Source: an uncultured Verrucomicrobiae bacterium
GTDB lineage: Bacteria > Verrucomicrobiota > Verrucomicrobiia > Limisphaerales > Palsa-1400
DNA length: 64,000 bases
Direction of reading: 5' to 3'
NCBI GenBank assembly: GCA_963764165.1
Contig: CAVXRD010000001.1
Coordinates: 1,600,001-1,664,000, forward strand
Position 1 is the first letter of the stretch. Each line of letters opens with the position of its first letter. The notes under the pieces were generated by a model, which worked only from the letters and a program-made list of their open reading frames with translations, was not told the DNA's origin and did not search any database. A program made the translations under genes and the position numbers. Of this stretch, positions 57,987 through 64,000 are shown piece by piece.

Positions 57987-58673
57987 TTAAACGATGACGC
58001 GCTTTGGTTGTTTGGTGTGAGTCCACAGGCGGAGGCCGCCGCGAAACGCATTCGCGTTATCGCCGAGGCGGGCGCCAGGGGGGAGTTTCTTCAAAAGCCG
58101 CGCGTTGCCTCCGCCCAGAACAACGTAATCCGCTTCGAGGGCGGCTTTGAGTTTCTTGGTGACATCCGCGACGTAGTGGCGCCATTTCTTTTTTCCGTAG
58201 TGCTCCAATCCCGCCAGCCCAAGGTAATCCTCGTATGTCTTGCCTTTGCGATATGTCATGTGCGCCAACTCCATCGCTTCAAGAACGCCATCCACGATCA
58301 TGGCTGAACCGAGCCCGGTGCCAAGCCCTAAAAAAAGCATCCGCCTCCCCTGGTAACTGCCGACCGCCTGCATTGCGGCATCATTGATAATCTTGACCGG
58401 ACACTTGAACGCCCTTTGAAAACGGAACCCAATCCAACCCGCCCCCAAATTGTGAGGCTCTGCGGCAATGTGGTTGTGAAAGACCGTCCCGGGATAGCCA
58501 ATGGTGATGACATCGTATTTCCAACCGCGCGTCAGCTTTTTGACAGCAGCCACCATTTTTTTTGCTGTCATCTTCTTGCCCGAGGGAATTTCCACTCGCT
58601 CGGGATGCTCGGTCGAACGCACTTTGATGTGCGTGCCGCCGACGTCTATGACCATGATTTTCATCGCGCCCAT
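57987..58673 (-). CDS. ppgK: ROK-family polyphosphate/ATP glucokinase
   Basis: IDVGGT, GYPG, NDAAMQA, LGLGTGLGSA, ELAH, VLGGGN. Confidence 0.75.
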   Translation of the reverse strand: MGAMKIMVIDVGGTHIKVRSTEHPERVEIPSGKKMTAKKMVAAVKKLTRGWKYDVITIGYPGTVFHNHIAAEPHNLGAGWIGFRFQRAFKCPVKIINDAAMQAVGSYQGRRMLFLGLGTGLGSAMIVDGVLEAMELAHMTYRKGKTYEDYLGLAGLEHYGKKKWRHYVADVTKKLKAALEADYVVLGGGNARLLKKLPPGARLGDNANAFRGGLRLWTHTKQPKRVIV

Positions 58674-58676
58674 ATC

Positions 58677-60215
58677 CTAGGAAATTTTCTTCGGAACCGT
58701 TTTCTTCGGCGACAGTTCCGTTGGCAGCGGCCAGCTATGCCCGCAATCCATCAAGCCCTGCGCCGCCTCCGGCCCCCATGAACCTGCGGCGTAATTCGGA
58801 AAATCGCCCGGCGGCGCGGCCGACCACACGTCGATGAGCGGCATCAGAATCTGCCATGCCGCCTCGACTTGATCGTTCCGCATGAACAGCAGCGGGTCGT
58901 TTTTCATGATATCCCACAGCAGCGTCTCGTAGGCGTCCGGCGATTTTGTCTCGAAGGCGTCCTGGTAATTGAACTTCATCTCGACCGAGCGCAAATGCAT
59001 TTTCGGGCCGGGATGCTTCGCCTGAAATCGCAGGACGATGCCCTCATCCGGCTGGATGGAAATTGTCAGGCGCGAGGGCTGCCAGTCAAGCGTGCATTCG
59101 GTGGGAAAAGCCTGGTGCGGAACGCCGCGAAATTGAATGGTGATCTCCGAAGCCTGCCGCGCGAGGCGTTTGCCGGTGCGCAAATAAAACGGCACCTCCT
59201 GCCAGCGCCAATTATCGATGAAAAGTTTCAGAGCGACAAATGTCTCGGTTTGCGAATCCGGCGCGACGCCCTCTTCCTGCCGATAGCCGGGAACTTTTTT
59301 GCCATCGGTCACCCCGGGGCCGTATTGTCCGCGCACGGCCGAGCCGTGGACGGATTCAGCGGTCAGCGGGCGCACGGCGTGCAGGACATCCACCTTTTTG
59401 TTGCGGATTTCGTCGGCGGTGAAGGAAATCATCGGTTCCATCGCAACGAGGCACATCAATTGCATCAAGTGATTTTGCACCATGTCTCGCAGTGCGCCCG
59501 CGTGCTCGTAATAGCCCCCGCGATGCTCCACGCCGACCGTTTCCGCGGCGGTGATCGTCACGTATTCCACGTAGCGCCGGTTCCAAATCGGCTCGAACAG
59601 CGGATTGGCAAAGCGAAAGGCGAGAATGTTCTGCACCGTTTCTTTGCCAAGATAATGGTCAATGCGAAAAATCTGTTTTTCGTCGAAATTCCGGCCAAGC
59701 GTTTCATTCAATTTCTTCGCCGACTCAAGGTCATAGCCAATCGGCTTTTCGCAGACAATGCGCGAAGTTTCCAATCCCTTCGAAAGCCCTGCTTTGCCGA
59801 GAAAATTTGGAATTTCACCAAACATGCTCGGGGGCGTTGCCATATAGAAAATCCGATGCGTCTCCGCGCCCCATTCTTTTTCAAATTTGTCGCATTGCGC
59901 CCCAAGCGCGGTATAAGTCGGAAGCTTGGTAAAATCGCCCTGCATGTAAAAAATATGCTCGGCGAATTGGTTCCACGCTTTCCCTGCTTTCGAGCCGGTG
60001 CGCGAGAATTTTTTCACGCCTTCGTGCAGGCGCTGCCGCAATTTTTGGTCGCTCATGCTCGCGCGATCGACGGCGAGGATGGCGAACTTCTCGGGCATGC
60101 TGCGATCCTGCGCGAGGTCGAACAGAGCGGGGCCCAATTTCCTCCAGGTCAAATCGCCTCCGCCGCCGAAAATGACAAAAATGGTGGGAGCGGGTTGATC
60201 GCTGGATTTATTCAT
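58677..60215 (-). CDS. zwf: Glucose-6-phosphate 1-dehydrogenase
   Basis: [38 protein letters not shown]. Confidence 0.95.
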   Translation of the reverse strand: MNKSSDQPAPTIFVIFGGGGDLTWRKLGPALFDLAQDRSMPEKFAILAVDRASMSDQKLRQRLHEGVKKFSRTGSKAGKAWNQFAEHIFYMQGDFTKLPTYTALGAQCDKFEKEWGAETHRIFYMATPPSMFGEIPNFLGKAGLSKGLETSRIVCEKPIGYDLESAKKLNETLGRNFDEKQIFRIDHYLGKETVQNILAFRFANPLFEPIWNRRYVEYVTITAAETVGVEHRGGYYEHAGALRDMVQNHLMQLMCLVAMEPMISFTADEIRNKKVDVLHAVRPLTAESVHGSAVRGQYGPGVTDGKKVPGYRQEEGVAPDSQTETFVALKLFIDNWRWQEVPFYLRTGKRLARQASEITIQFRGVPHQAFPTECTLDWQPSRLTISIQPDEGIVLRFQAKHPGPKMHLRSVEMKFNYQDAFETKSPDAYETLLWDIMKNDPLLFMRNDQVEAAWQILMPLIDVWSAAPPGDFPNYAAGSWGPEAAQGLMDCGHSWPLPTELSPKKTVPKKIS

Positions 60216-60218
60216 GGG

Positions 60219-61880
60219 TCATCGTTTCTGCCCGCCGGCCAGCGCATCGCTGACAATGGTTTGGGCTTCTCCCAAAATCTGGCGCAAATGTTCCGCGCTG
60301 CGGAAACTCTCGGCGTAAATTTTGTAAATATTTTCCGTGCCGGAAGGGCGGGCGGCGAACCATCCGTTTTGCGTGGACACTTTCAAGCCGCCGATGGCTG
60401 CGCCGTTGCCGGGGGCGGTCGTCAGCACGTTTTCGATTTTCTCGCCGGCCAATTCCTGGCTCTTGACCTGCTCGGGCGAAAGTTTTGAGAGGAGTGTCTT
60501 TTGCTCTGGAGTGGCCGAAGCTTCGACTCGATCGTAAAACGGTTCGCCGAATTCGCCCGTTAGCGTCTTGTAAATTTGGCCGGGATCCGCGCCAAGCTTC
60601 GATGTAATTTCCGCCGCGAGAAGGCATGGAATCAGGCCATCTTTGTCCGTCGTCCACGCGCCGCCCTTGCGCCGGATGAAGGTCGCGCCCGCGCTTTCCT
60701 CTCCCGCAAATCCGAGCGTTCCACCGATGAGTCCTTCGACGAACCACTTGAAACCGACCGGAAATTCAATGAGCTTGCGATTCAATTTCTTGGCGATGCG
60801 GTCGATCATCCCACTGCTCACCAGCGTCTTGCCAACGCCGACAGACACAGACCACTCCGGTCGGTTTTGGAAAAGATAAAATATGGCCACCGCCAGATAA
60901 TGATTTGTCGGCATCAATCCGACGCTCTTGGTTACGATGCCATGGCGGTCGTGGTCGGTGTCGCACCCGAAAGCGAGATCGAAGCGATCCTTCATGCCGA
61001 TCAACCGGCGCATGGCATACGAGGACGAAGGATCCATGCGAATCTGTCCGTCCCAATCGAGCGTCATGAAACGGAATGTCGGATCCACTTCCTCGCTCAC
61101 CACTGTCAAATTCAAACCATATTTCTCCGCGATGCGCCTCCAGTAACGAACACCCGCCCCGCCCAGCGGGTCAGCGCCCAGATTCAATTTCGATCCGCGC
61201 ACCGCATCCAGGTCGACCACCGCCGCGAGATCGGAAATGTAGGCCGTTGCATAATCGTGGCGATGGGTGGTCGGAGCCTTCAAAGCGCGAGCCAATGGAA
61301 TTCGCTTGATGCTGTCAAACGAACTTTCAAGAATTTCGTTGGCGCGCTTTTCGATCCACCCTGTCGCCGTTGAAGCGGCCGGGCCGCCATCGGTGCCGTT
61401 GTACTTGAATCCGCCGTCCTGCGGCGGATTGTGCGATGGCGTGATGACAATGCCATCCGCCAATCCATCTTTGCGCCCGGCGTTGTAAGTGAGGATTGCG
61501 TGCGAAACCGCAGGCGTTGGTGTGTATTCGCCTTCCTCGGCGATCATCACATTGACACCATTGGCGGCCAGGACTTCCAGAGCGGTGGCCGCCGCCGGGA
61601 TCGAAAGCGGGTGGGTGTCGATTCCCAAAAACAACGGACCGTTCGTGCCCTGCTGGCTGCGATACTGGCAGATGGCCTGCGTGATGGCCAAAATGTGATT
61701 TTCGTTGAACGAGGTGTTCAGCGAAGTGCCGCGATGGCCGGAGGTGCCGAAGGCTACGCGCTGCGCGCGCACGCCCAGGTCTGGCGCGTCTGTATAATAT
61801 GCGGTGACGAGCTTGGAAACGTTGACCAACATTCCCGGCTCCGGCAATTTCCCTGCAAGAGGACTTATATTTGAACTCAT
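60219..61880 (-). CDS. pgm: Phosphoglucomutase
   Basis: FGTSGHRG, TPSHNPP, DTDHDRH, GEESAG, RPSGTE. Confidence 0.95.
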   Translation of the reverse strand: MSSNISPLAGKLPEPGMLVNVSKLVTAYYTDAPDLGVRAQRVAFGTSGHRGTSLNTSFNENHILAITQAICQYRSQQGTNGPLFLGIDTHPLSIPAAATALEVLAANGVNVMIAEEGEYTPTPAVSHAILTYNAGRKDGLADGIVITPSHNPPQDGGFKYNGTDGGPAASTATGWIEKRANEILESSFDSIKRIPLARALKAPTTHRHDYATAYISDLAAVVDLDAVRGSKLNLGADPLGGAGVRYWRRIAEKYGLNLTVVSEEVDPTFRFMTLDWDGQIRMDPSSSYAMRRLIGMKDRFDLAFGCDTDHDRHGIVTKSVGLMPTNHYLAVAIFYLFQNRPEWSVSVGVGKTLVSSGMIDRIAKKLNRKLIEFPVGFKWFVEGLIGGTLGFAGEESAGATFIRRKGGAWTTDKDGLIPCLLAAEITSKLGADPGQIYKTLTGEFGEPFYDRVEASATPEQKTLLSKLSPEQVKSQELAGEKIENVLTTAPGNGAAIGGLKVSTQNGWFAARPSGTENIYKIYAESFRSAEHLRQILGEAQTIVSDALAGGQKR

Positions 61881-61965
61881 TCCACCCTTACGCTGCGCGA
61901 AACACTATGCGCGGGAGGCTTCTCCCCGGCACATAGGGTGTTCGCCTAATTACTGTTCGACCAGT

Positions 61966-62035
61966 CGGTAGGGCCAGGCTCCTGCCGAGCCGTCCGCCGC
62001 GCGGAAGATGGCTCGGCAGAAGCCGGGCCCTACCG
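61966..62035. repeat. GTAG-type REP doublet between xfp and pgm
   Basis: CGGTAGGGCCAGGCTCCTGCCGAGCC ... GGCTCGGCAGAAGCCGGGCCCTACCG. Confidence 0.8.
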
Positions 62036-62065
62036 CAACTCGGCCTTCCTAGATCCATCGTCAAA

Positions 62066-64000
62066 TTAAGTTGACTGGCCCGCTGAGGATTCCGCGACCG
62101 AGGATTTATTGCGAGATTTTTTTGAAACATCAGCGGCGGGCGTCGACCATTTCCAATTGCGAATCTCCGGCAAATCCTGGCCGTTCGTCTGGATGTAATG
62201 GCGATGCTCGGTCAATTTATCCCTAAGCATTTGCTTGAGGTAAACGCCCTTGTCGCCCGTTCGCGGAACGCGATCAACGACATCCATCACGAGATGGAAT
62301 CGATCCAATTCGTTCAGCACCGTCATGTCGAATGGGGTTGTAATGGTGCCCTCTTCCTTGTAGCCACGAACATGGATGTTGTGGTGGTTGGTGCGGCGAT
62401 AGGTCAGGCGATGAATCAACCAGGGATAAGCGTGAAACGCAAATATCACCGGTTTGTCCTTTGTGAAATAGGCGTCGAAATCCATATCGGTCAGCCCATG
62501 CGGATGTTCCGACTTCGGCTGCAGTTTCATCAAGTCAACCACATTGACCACGCGAATTTTCAATTTCGGCAGATGCTCGCGCAAAATCGAAACCGCGCCC
62601 AGCGTCTCCAACGTTGGCACATCGCCGCAGCAGGCCATGACGACATCTGGCGAAGTTTCCTGGTCGTTGCTGGCCCAGCTCCAGATGCCAATGCCTTCCG
62701 TGCAATGTTTGACAGCGGCATCCATCGTGAGCCACTGCGGCGCGGGATGCTTGCCGGCGACGACCACGTTGACGTAGTGCCGGCTGCGCAAGCAGTGATC
62801 CATAACCGAAAGCAGGCAGTTGGCGTCGGGAGGGAGATAAACGCGCACCACTTCCGCCTTTTTATTGACAACGTGATCGAGAAAACCGGGGTCTTGATGC
62901 GTGAAGCCGTTATGGTCCTGCCGCCAGACGTGCGAGGCCAGCAGGTAATTCAGCGAAGCAATGCGCCGCCGCCACGGAAGCCCCGCTGTCACCTTCAACC
63001 ATTTGGCGTGCTGGTTGAACATGGAATCCACAATGTGAATGAAGGCCTCGTAGCAATTGAACAAACCGTGCCGGCCGGTCAGAAGATAGCCTTCAAGCCA
63101 GCCTTCGCATTGATGCTCGCTCAAGACTTCCATGACGCGTCCCGCGCGCGCCAGCGCTTCGTCGCCGGGCACAGTCGAGCCTTCCCATTGCCGGGAGGTC
63201 ACTTCAAATATTTTGCCGAGGCCGTTGGAAATGGTTTCGTCCGGGCCGAACAGCCGGAAATTTTTCTGCTCCATGTTGAATTTCGCAACATCGCGGACAA
63301 ACGGCGCAAGGACGCGCGTATCGCCAATGCCCGTGATGCCGGGGGCAGAAACTTCCACTGCGTAATTGCGAAATTCCGGCATGCGCAGGTCCCGCAGCAA
63401 AATCCCTCCGTTGGCGTGCGGATTTGAGCCCATGCGGCGCTCGCCTTTCGGAGCGAGTTCGGCTAATTCGGATCTCAAGCGGCCCTGGTCGTCGAAAAAT
63501 TCCTCCGGGCGGTAACTGCGCAGCCAGTCTTCCAGCAATTTCAAGTGGCCGGGATGCGTGACCGGATCGGCCAGCGGCACTTGGTGCGAACGAAACGTCC
63601 CTTCAATTTGCAGCCCGTCAACAACCTTCGGGCCGGTCCAGCCCTTGGGCGAATTTAAGATAATCATCGGCCAGCGCGGACGCTCGGTGTTGCCGTTTTC
63701 ACGGGCGGCTTTCTGGATTTCCTTGATTTTCTCCACAGCGGAATCGAGCGCAGCCGCCATCGCCGCGTGCATTTTTTCCGGCTCGTGGCCTTCGACAAAA
63801 ATCGGCACCCAGCCGCAGCCGCGAAAGAATTGCTCCAATTCCTCGCGCGTGATGCGCGCAAAAATCGTCGGATTGGCGATCTTGTAGCCGTTGAGATGAA
63901 GAATCGGCAGCACCGCGCCGTCGTTGGCGGGATCGAGAAATTTATTCGAGTGCCAGGCGGTGGCGAGCGGGCCGGTCTCCGCCTCGCCGTCGCCGACGAC
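62066..64000 (-). CDS. xfp: Phosphoketolase (XFP family), 5'-partial
   Basis: [68 protein letters not shown]. Frame is open to the window edge. Confidence 0.95.
   Translation of the reverse strand, partial: VVGDGEAETGPLATAWHSNKFLDPANDGAVLPILHLNGYKIANPTIFARITREELEQFFRGCGWVPIFVEGHEPEKMHAAMAAALDSAVEKIKEIQKAARENGNTERPRWPMIILNSPKGWTGPKVVDGLQIEGTFRSHQVPLADPVTHPGHLKLLEDWLRSYRPEEFFDDQGRLRSELAELAPKGERRMGSNPHANGGILLRDLRMPEFRNYAVEVSAPGITGIGDTRVLAPFVRDVAKFNMEQKNFRLFGPDETISNGLGKIFEVTSRQWEGSTVPGDEALARAGRVMEVLSEHQCEGWLEGYLLTGRHGLFNCYEAFIHIVDSMFNQHAKWLKVTAGLPWRRRIASLNYLLASHVWRQDHNGFTHQDPGFLDHVVNKKAEVVRVYLPPDANCLLSVMDHCLRSRHYVNVVVAGKHPAPQWLTMDAAVKHCTEGIGIWSWASNDQETSPDVVMACCGDVPTLETLGAVSILREHLPKLKIRVVNVVDLMKLQPKSEHPHGLTDMDFDAYFTKDKPVIFAFHAYPWLIHRLTYRRTNHHNIHVRGYKEEGTITTPFDMTVLNELDRFHLVMDVVDRVPRTGDKGVYLKQMLRDKLTEHRHYIQTNGQDLPEIRNWKWSTPAADVSKKSRNKSSVAESSAGQST

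Overview
GC-rich bacterial chromosomal window. The gene content points to a Verrucomicrobiota/PVC organism, probably Pedosphaera-like; this is inferred from prepilin/H-X9-DG proteins, DUF1501-DUF1549/1553 and DUF1592-DUF1552 pairs, and secreted proteins ending in an FYR domain. It encodes glycan-use enzymes (GH43, GH44, alginate-lyase family, amidohydrolase-CBM9-like fusion, esterase), two tandem M61 peptidases, a folC-HAD fusion, sdhCAB, and a tightly packed minus-strand run xfp-pgm-zwf-ppgK-caa3 oxidase-Rieske/cytochrome bc. An accessory island at about 15.3-21.35 kb holds one intact VapBC pair, several decayed toxin-antitoxin modules, an XRE-regulated nuclease-DUF2075 helicase gene and a probable controller/methyltransferase remnant. 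I saw no tRNA, rRNA, CRISPR array or intact transposase. The most striking non-coding signals are: (1) a palindrome inside rhuM that is copied 30/31 into its own upstream region; (2) a small element family with shared outer arms and interchangeable hairpin cargo, one cargo inverted between two copies; (3) a twice-repeated, phased GCTACA iteron-like element beside TA remnants; and (4) a 66-bp REP-like hairpin translated in frame within ctaG. All protein calls come from motif recognition, not database searches.
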